Source: Phoronis australis (Eukaryota > Animalia > Phoronida). From it: a stretch of DNA of 64,000 nucleotides. Of this stretch, positions 1 through 12,969 are shown piece by piece. The notes beneath the pieces are model-generated. The model had not been told where the DNA came from, ran no database searches, and worked only from the letters and a program-made list of their open reading frames with translations. The stretch covers positions 677,192-741,191 of the forward strand of contig NMRA01000157.1 in assembly GCA_002633005.1 (NCBI GenBank). The letters are read 5' to 3'. Made by a program: the position numbers and the translations under genes. Position 1 is the first letter of the stretch. The number at the start of each line of letters is the position of its first letter.

Positions 1-1113
1 TCAAAGCCACGTAACTATAAGTAACTTTTGAGCATCTAAGCGACATATTCAGACGAGGCTAGTATTAAAAGCAAATAAAAAAGCAAATCAAACACTGTTA
101 GACTGCTTCCAGTCAGTCATGTCAGCCTCCTTTGTCATGGCTGATTGCTCCAAATATAACATTGAGTTTCATGGAATCCTATAGTAAAGTCTGTACAAAA
201 GGTACAAGTACTTCAGTGTAGGTTAAATAACCTTAATAAGAAGTAACTAGTTTTACATGCTGCATAAACATTCTTCAGTTGCTGTTAAGATGTCAGCTGT
301 TAGTCTATTTCATTGCTTTTTCTTTTTTTTTGTTTCACAAAAAATAAGGAAGACTTTTGCTAGAAAAGTCCTGGAACATAGAAAAAGAAAACATTAAAGG
401 AAAATTACAGGCCCACTGCATGGGTTTGCACACTGGTAATTGACAAAATACATGCCTTAGATGTCAGGAGAGTTGGCTGTGAACACACTTAATGCGGAGG
501 ATTTTTGGCTTAAAAAGAGTACTAATAGCTGGTGAATGTCGAAGTGAAACCCAGTGACTGTTGCTATCGTGAATAAAGTTCACAACAGAAATATTGGATT
601 TAAAAAGTAAGCTTCAAGTTGCTGTCAACTTGTGCACAATGCCCATGTCAAGGAGTATCACTTTTAAGACATGGGCCAAATGAGACTGGACATGCACATC
701 CCTGGACGGAGACGACCTCAATATCCACCCAAACACATGCGTGGGCACATGAAATCAAGCAAATGCAAAGTCAAGCACATCTGAAACTCCAATACTGTCC
801 TATCTGTATTTCCTTTGCAATGTCAACCAATCAAGAAATGAATATGTACTTGTCCAATGATGATGAGTCAACAGAGGTGTAACATCATCATAACAAACAT
901 GATAGGCTATGCCAACAATTTGAGTGGAACATTAACCTCCACTGGACACATCTGACCAGAGGCTACATGATCAAATACTGCCAGGGGCAAAACTTGACCA
1001 CAACAATGGAAGACAGAGAATATCAGTCCATACTACAGAATTGGGCAGGTCAGGCAAGCTCAAACACAACACAAGTTAACTCAAGACTTTACTAAGCACC
1101 TATGTTTCTATCT

Positions 1114-4100
1114 TCATTCTGGATTTTCTGTGTATGAGATGAATGCATCTCCCGTCTCTTCAAGCTTCGCCAGTTCTTCCATACACAACTGATGCTCTAG
1201 TTTAATTTTTGTAATGACTTCGTCATGTTGACGGTAGAAAGCTCTGAGTCCAGTCTAAAATGGTAGCAAAATGACATTATTAAAGGGACATCTTCTTATG
1301 CACACAACATAACTACAACTCATAAGTTGGGACATTTGACCAGATCCATACAAAATATGTTTTCATACACTTGCAGAAAATAAATTCTTCTGATAACCAC
1401 CCAAAGCATCAACAAGTAAAAACGAGTGTTGAAATCTTTTGAATGGTTGACCAGTTGTACAGAAATTCTGACCACTTCAATTCATTAGAAGGAGCTTTTT
1501 CAAGTCCTGTTGAAGGCTGAAACCATTAGAAGTCTCAACTCTCCTCTTTAGAGACAGGGAAAAAATTCTGATTGACCTAGTTTAAAAAGCTGCTGACAGA
1601 CTTAGGCTGATTGGGAGAAACAGAAATAGCATCTTTTTCGTCAAATTTTTCATACGTCAACATTGCAACTCACTGAGCAGCAGAAATACGTTACTGGCAT
1701 TAGCATGACAGATGAGAAGAGTTTTAAATATGGCAACCAAGAGACAAGTGCCTTATAGAAGCACAGCATTGTGGGTAAATGCTCTACAACCAGAGTTACA
1801 TTGTGTTATTTCAGGATGTGGCTCCAGTTTTTATGGTGAGGAAAATTTTACTCCACGTTTGCAGTTATTCAACTTCTTTTTGTAATTTTGTGTCCAAAAA
1901 ATACACCTTTAACATTAAATACTTACAAACAAAAAGAATACATTGCACAAGCAAGGATAACCAATTTGTGATGCAATTCAAAATATACTTACCAAATCAG
2001 CAGGTTCAGGAGTTTTTGGTCTGAAAGGAATTTTTTGAAATTTGGGTGAGCAACATGTAACCAAAATAATAAAAATACTCTGGAGTAAACCATGGCCTAC
2101 TACCTGGTCTATCTAAAAATCTTCTTTTGGGTTCCGTTGACTATTTATTTTAGAAGGAAGAAACAAGGAGAAACATTATTTATGTACAGGTGGTTAATGC
2201 AAAGTTAGTTAACTTCTAATAATACCAAAGAAAACAAGAGTTCTGTTATGTACATCCAGGATTTGGAATGACCAATGACAAAAAAGAAGAAAATTTCCAG
2301 GTGATGTGTCCTTCCACAAATAGATTTGAGTGATAGAAATATTTGTTTTTGAGTTGTAACATTTAACTGAAATAAAAATTTTGCATAAATAAAGTCAAAA
2401 TAATGATAAAAAGAGATGAAAAAGGGAACTAGAAATCAAATATGAGGAAATCAAAACCAAAAAAAGAGGAAAATTAATATTCTTAAAAGAGGAGAATTCC
2501 AAGCCCTATACGTAAAGAACCTAATAAACTAAAACTCGCACTACATTAGACAATGTTTCTCTTGACACAGGCTTTCAAGTACAGGTAAGGGCGCTCTTTA
2601 ATTTTTTCTTTTTCATCAACCTGTAAAACAACCTCAGTGAGGCAGAAGTTACCAGTTGGAAATGCCTTGACGCACGATTTTGTCAAAGTTAAGGGTTCTG
2701 AGAACAATAGATAATACCCATGTGGAAAATATGCACGCATTCACAACAGCATATCCATAAACAAAGGCCATAGCCACAAAAAGAACACACACACACAACT
2801 GTAGCTGCACTGAATGTACGCACCTCTCATCAACCATTGCTAAGGTTTCACCAGCCATTGTATGTAAGTTAGTGATCTCAGCTTGATAATGGGCCACTAC
2901 ACACTGGCCTTCCAGAGTTCCAACACCTGGAATAAAATCATGACAAAAGTAGAGTAAGACAACAACCATGTACTTTTTTCACACTTTAGCAGGCTGTTCT
3001 TGAAACCAGTTTTTTTAGTCCAAACAATTCAGAGTAAATCATTCCAAACAGGGCATCAGTTTCAACTAACAACCAAACACATATTTACCAGTATGTAATA
3101 TTCCACATTTTGTTGTGCTTACAAATTCTTGATAAATACTAAAACAACTTAAGACAATGCAATATCATACCTTTTAGCAGATTTTCCAGAACCCTTATTT
3201 CTCTTTTGATGATATCAGCACTTCTTTCAGTTTTCTGAGGGCTTTTAAAATAAGACACCATAATGAGCCAATCCTTACGAGTAGGACACGATTTTAACAA
3301 TTGTTCAAAATTGAGCTATCTCTTCATATTACTTGTAATTACATCAAAAACATAGCTATTAACACTGAGCAACAAAGACAAAAAACAATCAAACCAAAAT
3401 TCTTGACTTAAACCATGCGGGCAATGAAATTTAAGTCACTACAAAGCAAACTGATATATTTAGTATGACTGAAAATGTATTTTTTTTACCTCAAGGTACA
3501 ATTTCAGGAAGCATTTCAAATCAATTTAGTGACATTTATGGCCTATGTTCAAATTTTGAGCCCTTCCTGTTGGACAATGTCCAGCAAAGTCAGTCCCTTA
3601 AATCATGAAAGAACTTACACATGAAGCAGCCGACCGTCATCAGAGAATATTTCAGAATGTCTCCTTTTGGAATGCTTAAACTCATCATAGACATGGTCCT
3701 GTAAAAAAATGCGTGTCGAATCAAGGCACAGAAAATGTCACACCTCAGGGATGATTCGAAAGAGTCGTGAAACAACGGAAGTAAAAGGTTGAAATGTAAC
3801 ACTAAGTAAGTACTATTTATCCCTGTTTGATGAAAACTAAAATGCATTTAAAAGATATTTTCTATAAAAAACAAACTCAACACTGAAACAGTAGACTACA
3901 TTGATAGAGAAGTCTGACCAACATTGTTGAGAACAAATAAAACTATTTCTCATATTATGTGCGGAGCAAAATATGGTTGACCAAACAGGCTGGTTTCAAG
4001 TCGAACGCTATAAATAGATCCAGTTTGCAAAATAACCATAATACTCTTGTTTCTTTATAAACTAGTTCTCGACCAATAACACTGTCCATTCTTCCCAATC

Positions 4101-7100
4101 TCACAAGACATCCTACTCTAAGAAAGGAACAATATGAGACCAAATTTCAAGGGAAAGTGATCTAAACAGAAAGTTAGCTGTAATTAGGAAAATGGTACAG
4201 AGCACATTTAAATTTGTTATTTCACATACCCATGAAGGATGCTTATATTTCTTTGGTTTCTGAAAAGACAATCAATAAAGGGTCAAGAAAACACTGAATG
4301 AAAATAACATTGAATGAAAACGACAAATGACATAGGTATTCCTACACTAGCACAAAAAAGTAATATCAAAATGAGTCAGTGCCTTCATGAACAGTAAAAA
4401 TGAAGGGAACAAAAAAATTAAAAATAAAGCTCGAATGCCTTAATGAAGTCGTAAAAGACTATTTTTTAAGATAACAAGCACGTAGTTCTTCTGAGGTGAT
4501 TGTTACTTGGAGAGTTTGAGAACAAATTTCAAAATCTTATCAGCTTCCCTCAACAATTGAAACATAATGAGAAGGCAGACCATTGTTTTTTAAAGACAAA
4601 AAAGTCACGCAAGCCAACTTGTAAATCTTGGTCTCAGGCAATCATAATGCCCTGTCAGCTGTTTTGAAGCCTTGAAATCACCTCTAAGTTAACTAAGGAA
4701 CCAGTATAGTAATTAATAGTCAGTGGTCCAAATTAAAAGGTTGTTTCTTGTGATGGAAGGCAGGAACAGATTTAACAAAAAAAAAATGTGTACTTGGCTA
4801 AAACCGAAGACACGTCCTTGTAACACTTCTTTAAGTACACTAAGCTCACACCTTACATAGTCATGCACTCCATGTGTGTAGACGGGTGGGTATGTGCATT
4901 CATGGTACTTACCCAAGGGGCAGGAGGTTTGTAAACAACCTCATGGTAGGGCAGTTCATCATCCACGTGCTGAAGGGATGGAACAGTTGGCAAATCATTA
5001 CAACTGTCTGTAGACAAACATGGCAGAAACACAAGGCATTTGTTGGCTTCAACACCTGTAATGTCTGATGATGCATCAGCCTGCAGCCAAGGCACAAGGG
5101 GCAACAGGGATGTAGGTATTGGTCGGCCATTATGATGAATTACGGAGCACGCCATGGAGCGTTTTGTTTTTATTTTCTTCTTATCACTGATGTCTTTCCT
5201 GCTGATGGGATTGGACAGTTTGAAGGGGAAACTCTGTGAAGAATCCTTGACTGATAGATCCGGTTCACTGCCGTATACCCTGCGATTCCCATCCAGCGCA
5301 TAAACTGAAGGTTTCAATCTTGTAGTGTCTGTGTCAGAGCTAGTGCTCTTCGCGGAATCTGGCCTACCAGTATGTTTACCAACAGATTCCTCAAACGTCA
5401 ATTCAAAATTCTCTATGGAAAGTAAATCCCTAAATTCAGGTCTTTGAACATGCTTTTTTGAATTTCCAGATAATTTTGGATGAGCACTTCTAATTCTCCG
5501 TGATTTCAAGTCAGCCGTAGATGTTGAATCCTGGCTTGTGGAATCACTGTCTCGTCTTGCACGGGCACTTTGAACACGTCGCGCAGTCCTATCCTTGTGA
5601 GCACCAATTGGTTGATTGAGTAATTCCACCTGGTCACTTTTGTACCGTGATGTGTCCGACAGTTCTTTCTGGTAGTTGCGTGCTAGTGACTTCTTATCAC
5701 GCAATCCTGAAGGGGGGCGCTGGACAACAACTACAAACAAGACAGAAATAACCCACTATTGATCAAAAATGTCACACAGATTCCTAGGCCACACACTATG
5801 AGCACATGTTAAGAAGATTAATTTGTTATCAAACCGAAGAAAGAGTTTATTGATTAGTCTCCAAACCGAATGAATCATTGCTATGTTAAACAAGAATTGA
5901 GTTCACGTGGTTTTTGAATAGACTCCAAATTCATTCACAAACATACATACTAAAAGATCTTTCTATTAGATTGTGATTTTTTAAAGTTGTTTTTAAATTA
6001 TTCTGTATAAATAGCATTCTTTTGCTTGGTAAAATATAAAGTACCTCTAAAATGTGATATTGTCAATGACAAAACATGCAATGCACCAGACCATTGTCAA
6101 AATTTATGAATAGTTAAAATCTATAATTGTTACGCCAAGATGGGGCTAGAGCATCAAAAGTTAATCCCAACTGGTTACTGAGTCACTCAAGATAACTTCC
6201 TTGAACCCAGCAGTGTTCTTCACAACAGAAAATTTTTTAACTGGAATTACAAAATTCCTCTATATGTGTGAAAGTCCGTGTCCATACAATGTGAAGTTAC
6301 TGCGTTAAGTGTTGGAATAATGCATAGAACTGGTACTAAAAGCCCAAAATGTCCTAATCTCTCAAAACTTTAAACTTCTTGGATCAGTTTTCAAACTCAA
6401 TGCAAGGAACTCAAACTCGTTACCACAAAATTCAAACTCGACCCAGAGACAAGTCAAAACAATTTAGGACAACACTGCTCAGATTGGAAACAATTATTAA
6501 GGAATTTATGGTGTTTGTACAAAATTAAGTAACCAGTGTGATAAGTGTACAATCAGTTCCTGCCAACGCAGGGACAAGTACAACGAGTGCGAGATTGCCT
6601 CAGCATAAACTAGTAGAATTTGCTTCTGGGGAGTGCACATAAAGGCAGTATATAGTCACTTAAAGGAGTTCCGGATTTTAAGCATCAGTCCACGGATCAA
6701 CCGACCACTGTACAGCCACCAAGCGGCAAGGTGGGGGGTCAGCCATTCAGATCCATGTTTAGTCTAATCAATCACATTAGGGATGAGAGAAATTGGGTGA
6801 AGTACGACACCACAAAGTTTGGTCGTTTAGGAGATACAAGGGAAGTCTTCTGGGGGGGGCAAATTGAGGCAATTTCTTGGTGTGGAATGAGTCATTTTTG
6901 ACCAAATTTTCTACTCCAGTTTCTGCTTCAAACAGAATCTTTTCTGAACAATTTTGATACCACATGATAGATTCATGACCAATGTAAGTAAAAACGGCAC
7001 CGACACTGAAATATCGGTTACCATGGTAACACTGGAACTGTTTCCGTGGAGGTACACTTCATGCTTATGATAAACCAGCAATAAGTTGTACCCTTATAGC

Positions 7101-10100
7101 AAAGCTGCCCCCACGAGAATACTAAAAATAATAACATGGAAATGTAGAAGACTCCATGCCCTTGAAATTAATACAAAAAAACTTTGTCAGCCCTTCAGGC
7201 AGGCTTGGTAATAGGTGTCTGAATTTCAATATTTTCAGACCGCGTATGTGTATTTGTCGTATTAAACCAGTCACTAGTTGTGCGCCGTTTCTACCCATTA
7301 AAATGCTGTGGTATAATAAAACAATTAAAAGAATTGGTTTGCTTAAAAATGTTTTTAATTAATTTTAAGGACACAAGCACTTCTCACTAAAATATGAAAT
7401 TGTACTAGATTTGTTCATCCAAATCACTGAATACCAATGCGTTAGTTGAATGATGGCTGATCCGAAGTGCAGGTTAGCGAATTTATCTATTTATCTGGCA
7501 CTGCCAGTCCCATCAAATGGGGTATTTTTACAAACTGCGGAGAGAAACAACTTTGGAAACTCTTGGGAAATGCACAAGGAATAGAGCGAGACATTTGAGA
7601 ATCTTAAAAGTGAGGGGAGCTGATGTGGAGGTGGAACGTGTCCTCCTGAGAAGTAGTCTGTCTCAGTGCCTGCCTCGGAGGCAGGTGTGCAGCAGGAGCT
7701 ACATAATCTACCGTAGTAGATTCACTTGCTCGAATCATCGTTACAACTCTCGACGTATACTGGCGTCGGCAAAGACACTGAGTACATCCACTGCACACTA
7801 GAGGAGAAATCTGATAGAGGTCTGAAAAATGACCAAAGATGTTAAGTCAAGGTTCAACGTCCTGCTTCGTGTGAGCTCAGGTAGGAATCACCAAACTTCA
7901 GGGTCTAACCCTGAGGAATATTTTTAAAACCACATCATTCATGCAAAAATACTTTTATTGACACACTGTGATTCCTTGTAACTTGGGCCTTATTGCTTAA
8001 TCATATCTTACTTCAAATGTGTTGATGTATATGCAGTGCACGTGTACATTAGCATAGAAAATAGGTAGTCATCTTAACTTTTCATAATAACCACCAAATG
8101 TGCTACATAACTTTTGCCCATGACTTACTTTTAGAGACTAGGGAGTATGTTATGTCTGCCAATGAATTTCTGTGGTTGAATATGAAGTTAAAGCTAAAGC
8201 CATCAAAAATATTGTGTATTTCTCAAAAAAATTCATTGGTCAATCGTTTTATGTTTCAATGTTATGAAGAGAAATATAATGCACAACTCATTCATTTCAC
8301 AATGACACATAGGTAGTGCAGATAATTTAAATAGGTCTCAATATTTTCTACATGTAATGGGCCGTACTTCTGATTTATACCTTTGTCCTACTGTCACATA
8401 CATAGAAATTCATTTTGTAAATTTTTATAATCAAATCTGAATGACTTATTTGTGATGCCTTCACTTTAGCTAGGTATTTATATTTTCTGAGCCGAAATGG
8501 CCACATTAAATTTAATACATTTAATTTTTTCATTAATATACTTTTAGGAATCAGGAAAGGCTTACGCTGAAGAAGTGGCTTCTGCTGAAGTTGGAGACCT
8601 GCTGATTATTAGTAAAGGTTGGGTATGGAAAAGTTCAAAACCAGCAAGAAGGTACCCTTCTGTGCAACCAAATGAGGGGGTTAGAGAGGGGCCGCAAAGT
8701 CTACTCCCAGAAGATGTGTCAATGAGAATTTGTAACTTGAGGAACGAGTCGGGGTAAAAAAGTATTTGCCAAAGATTACTGGTTTATACCACAACAGGTC
8801 CAAAGCAATTTGTCGAGATAGGCCACTCTCAGCAAATGTGGGGAAACTGGGACAGTTGGATGTAGGAGATATGACAGAGGAAGTGGAGTATGTATTGGAA
8901 AGTGACAATCTGCACTCTAAGATTGTCAAGGATGTAGCATTGTAAAAATTCAAAGGGAGGAAACAGTACAGTGGCTGGACTTGTAAATCCTCTGGCTGAT
9001 CTGCTAAATCCAGTGGTGGCATTATAATGTCAGCACAGCTGTGTATGGAAGTAGACTTGTGTGTTGTTGCAAGCTTTGTTTGCACCAGAACTGCTGTGTG
9101 AACAGCACAAATCTAAAATTGCCTAGATTGAATTTTTGTCCAGGCTCCGATCATGATCCTGGGACAGTGGATTAAGTTGGTACAGCCACACGGTAATGGT
9201 ACATTGTTCTTTTTGTTTAGCCACTGGATTTTTTGGTCTGACAGGATTTCTCAATCAGGCCATCATATTTAGATGATTTCTGACCACTGTAGTGTTTCTT
9301 TTCCTTGAAATTGCGTAATTGATCTGAATTTATGTTTCCACATTTTATTTACCATTATAGACTTTTGTTTGTAAATGGGTATTTACCCATACTGAAATTT
9401 GAACCCCTGTGGCAGTTAGGCTGGTTTTGTTCACTTATCTTTCTGCCTGGGTTGTAAACCCACATTCTGTCCAGGAGGTAAAGTTTTGATTAAGACCATT
9501 TACCTCTATAAACTTTGCTCAATTTGTTCTTTATCCAGATGGGAAGTGATTTCTGGAATTGCAGCGAATTGACAGTTTGCTGTTCCTCGAGACCATCCTG
9601 TGTGTATAAAATCACACACCGTTAGACTGGTCTCTAGCAATTGCATATTGCCAGATCTTCCGAAATTCTGAAATTGCTCAAAAGTGACCTGGAAATAATA
9701 CCTATTGCATGATGGTAAAATGTCAAAAGTTGTTTTATGTGATTTTAGGTGACTTTATGTCCACTTCAAATGATTTTTTGTTGCAGTACTGAAAAGTATT
9801 GGCACATTAGCTCTGGTGGCTCCTTGGTTTTTGGCGAATTTACCATTTTATGGTTCCCATGGGTAATTTTGTTACTGGTCTAGTATGTATGTAAAACTGT
9901 AATCGACGGCAATTGTAATGCAAACCATGCTGCAAAAATATTTTTTTCATGACCACTTCATTCTAAAAATGCTGTCTAATTGGAACCGACAAGCCAATTT
10001 TTCATTTTGTGGTAGTTATTTTTGATAAGAACATTGATGTGGTACATACAGCTACCTCAAGTTTGTGAAGAAGACATTTTCCAGTGTTGTCAGCGATATT

Positions 10101-12675
10101 GCGAAATCACTTTTTCGCAGTGAGACTACATCCCTTAAATGTAATTCCCTGACTTTATGGGTTTTGTGTGGTTGACTCTGTCCTGTAGCAGTTGGAGTGT
10201 TGAAAAGATCTAGAAGGCAATTTATTATTAGAGTCGTGACATTTGCACTTTTGACTGTATAGTTACCTTTGTATTGTATTATGAAAACATATTTTGTACT
10301 ATTCAAGTCTCTGGTTGGTGTTTTACATTTTTTCACAAGGAATATTTTCAACTTAGATGAGATGTCTGTGACTTAGGCAACGTTCAAATAATATAAGGAA
10401 TAAAATTGTCGAACATTGTTTTATTTTTAGATGTGTAATCTTCCAATAAGTGATTACTTTTAAAAAACTGATGCAGAATTTGATTCTTACTCTTCATTTA
10501 AAGGAGAATAAATCCATAAACCTGCATTGTCTAAAAATTTTACTTAAACTACATATTTCAGGGTTGGGCATTCGAATCTTAACACAACACTAGCCTTTGC
10601 GTAACCCACATGACTCATCAGTTGAAATATTTTGTGGTTATTGTGCACATGGTGAAAAAGTTAACAGTGACCAAAAAGTGGAGTTGGAATTCTTCACTGA
10701 AGTCACATTAATTCTCATAGCAATGCTTTATAGAAGATATGTGTAGAAGCAGAAAGATCATTGAAGAAAGTAAGCACCAAATTAAGTGATAGGCAATTAC
10801 ATCGCTCTGGATGACGCAGGCATACAGAGGCGATAGTACATCCCCACAAAAAGTTACTCATTTCAAAATACAGGAAATAAAATCAAATGAAATATGCATC
10901 TATGCACATGGAATTACAAAAAAATCATATCACAAGTCTGGAGACAATTCAGTGAAGATAACGTGAACAAATCGATGAAAATCTGTCATGGTTTGCTCGA
11001 GTTTCTCCCACCGGGTGCCATTTTGAGGAACGTGTATGAAATCACGCATGTTGACGAATAAAAAATCCAAGGGACACAAATCTTACAAATTTCACCTGAT
11101 ACCTTCTCATGCTATTTTGCAAGTGTCACGCGCTAGCGTAACGCACTTCGCTCAGTCTCGCGCTAGCCTTTGCCTAACTCACGTGACTCAGTTGACATAT
11201 TTTGTGGTTATCGCGCATGTGGTGAAGAAGTTAACGGCAACCAAAAAGTGGAATTGGAATTCTTCGCCAAAGTCACCTTAATTCTCACAACTTAACTTCA
11301 CCGAAGATACGTATAGAAGTAAAAAAGACCAATGGTGAAAGTAAGTGCTTTTTTAAATGATAGTTTTAAGAGTGGAATGTATTTTTGACGAGGTGAAAAG
11401 TCAAAATTGGTGACCGGATGTGGGTTACCACCTGTTTAAAATACATGTAATGACATGCGTATAGAAAACGAATGGAAGTATTGTAGACCCTAAATGGTCA
11501 ACCGAGGGGCTACATGTTGCCTAATTGAGTGACAGTTTCAAGTGTAGAATGTATTTTTGACTACACAGGATGAAATTAGTAAAGAAAGCGATGGGAAGTA
11601 TTGTAGAAAAACGATGGGAACTATTGTAGCCCCTAACCGGCCAACCGAAGGCCTACTTGTTGCCTAATGCTATTGCCTGCAGTCTGCTGGCCTTGGTACA
11701 AAGCTGTATACTAAATATACTGCTTTGCACCGATGTGGGTAAAAAAATTGGTAAAATAAAATCTGACACAAAATTAGTGTCATTAAAAACTGCAGTCTTC
11801 CTTGAGTAAACTAAATTATTTAACTGTGTTGGCAAAAATGGCGTTCTCCCATTATTCTGCTGCTAAAGTTGTGGAGAGATCTTTAGCGACAGCTTTCGGC
11901 GCCATGAAATATTGCGTCACCTATTGCCCAGTTTCTTTTTTCGCCGATTCTTCAATCAACTGTTCTTCTTTCACGAGGTTGCGTACAAGTCACAACAAAT
12001 TATCGAAACTGGTTTCATTTCATTATAAGTTTTTAGAATTTTGATACCGAAAAAACGAATTTCAGAAAAAATTTTGCTGCTCCCAAGCTATCACCATCTT
12101 CCGAGAGATGTCGCAAAAATTTAGGAAATGGCGCGTGCGCGTGACATGAGCGTACTGTTTTCAAAACATCAACATACTTTTCATTGTTAGAAAAGGCAGA
12201 GAGTTACGCAAGGAAATGACATTTATTGCATTGTTTTTCACTTAAACGGCTGTAACGGGCAAGGTGAGTGTCGGTTGATTCTAAGATTTTGCATGCACCC
12301 CGTCCGGTCTTTAGCTTTACATGTTGATACAAGTTTCACGGCGAGGTGACGAACAGAACTACTCTGGGGTCTACGGAAGAAATCACACAGTGGTACCTAG
12401 CTGTATTTTGACGACAGTCTTCATACATTTAGCTGGCTGGCTGGCAGTCTGCACGACCAATGTCAATGACTGAATGAGCCTCACTCAGCATGGCCCAAGG
12501 AAAGGAGTGACGCGCCACCTGAGCATAATAATGCTAGCGGGGAACTTCGTTTGAAACAGGACGTGTTAACGTTAGAATGTGCTTGCAACATACGGAAATT
12601 AACAAACGCAAAAGAGAAGAATTTACCTTTATTGTCCAACAATGCTCGAGCAACAGACAACACTCCATCCTCCAT
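1114..12675 (-). CDS. Uncharacterised ~410-aa protein (Ser/Arg/Lys-rich N-terminal region, helical C-terminus), 7 coding exons
   Basis: Phase-consistent GT-AG exon chain: 12675-12627 (aaacATG, MEDGVLSVARALLDNK), 5730-4913 (most of the 295-aa ORF, ending ...KPPAPW), 4259-4230 (KPKKYKHPSW), 3234-3171 (KTERSADIIKREIRVLENLLK), 2926-2824 (GVGTLEGQCVVAHYQAEI...), 2020-1993 (RPKTPEPADL), 1254-1114 (TGLRAFYRQHDEVI...ENPE*). Total 1233 nt. The exon 1-2 join and the 3234 acceptor are the least certain. No family recognised. Confidence 0.7.
7445..10230 (+). pseudogene. Decayed spliced transposon-like gene inside intron 1 of the minus-strand gene
   Basis: Frameshifted fragments LGKC...HLRILKVRG...ERVLLR...CSNHRY../..VYWRR../HPLH../SDRGL../FNVLLRVSS, a GT donor near 7881 and an AG acceptor near 8547 (G-IRKGLR). 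They resemble a Cys/His N-terminal motif I recall from invertebrate DNA-transposon proteins. Many stops; boundaries approximate. Confidence 0.45.
10858..12132. repeat. Left arm of long diverged inverted repeat
   Basis: The reverse complement aligns by eye with 15287-16385 in several colinear blocks, e.g. GCCTTGGTACAAAGCTGTATA near 11690 versus TATACAGCTTTGTACCAAGGC near 15704. A partial third copy lies at about 10590-10790. Confidence 0.85.
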
Positions 12676-12969
12676 GTTTATTTGTCTCTCCTCGATTTTG
12701 ACAGCTTACTTAGGATTACAACAAAATATTAAATTAGCAAGTTTTTTTACCGTTATGACATCACGTTTTTAAAATGATATCAAATGTAGACAGTTTAAAT
12801 ATAGTGATTGAAGGTATTGAAAAATGAAAAACATGAAGTGTAGAGAGTATTTATTTTTGGTGACGTCATGGGAAAATGGCGACTTACATGATTGCTTTGT
12901 AAAGTTGCCTAGAAAGTCGATTTTTCTCGCGTTTTATTAAATGTCAGATATTGTTGAAAGACTGAGAAG
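12676..12969. promoter_or_regulatory. Bidirectional promoter/5'UTRs of NPL4 and the divergent gene
   Basis: Divergent ATGs at 12675 (-) and 12970 (+). Palindromic CRE TGACGTCA at 12861-12868 and YY1-like AAAATGGCG at 12873-12881. Confidence 0.7.

Noticed and set aside
2546-2621. Possible alternative terminal exon after TTTTACAG on the minus strand
   Set aside because: In the required phase it ends after about 15 codons. The 2020-1993 plus 1254-1114 path is more convincing. Not excluded without RNA data.
8565-10209. Minus-strand exon candidates (10209-10056, 9597-9504, ORF 9085-8681) for the first gene
   Set aside because: I found no phase-consistent stop-free chain, whereas exon 1 joins 5730 directly in phase.
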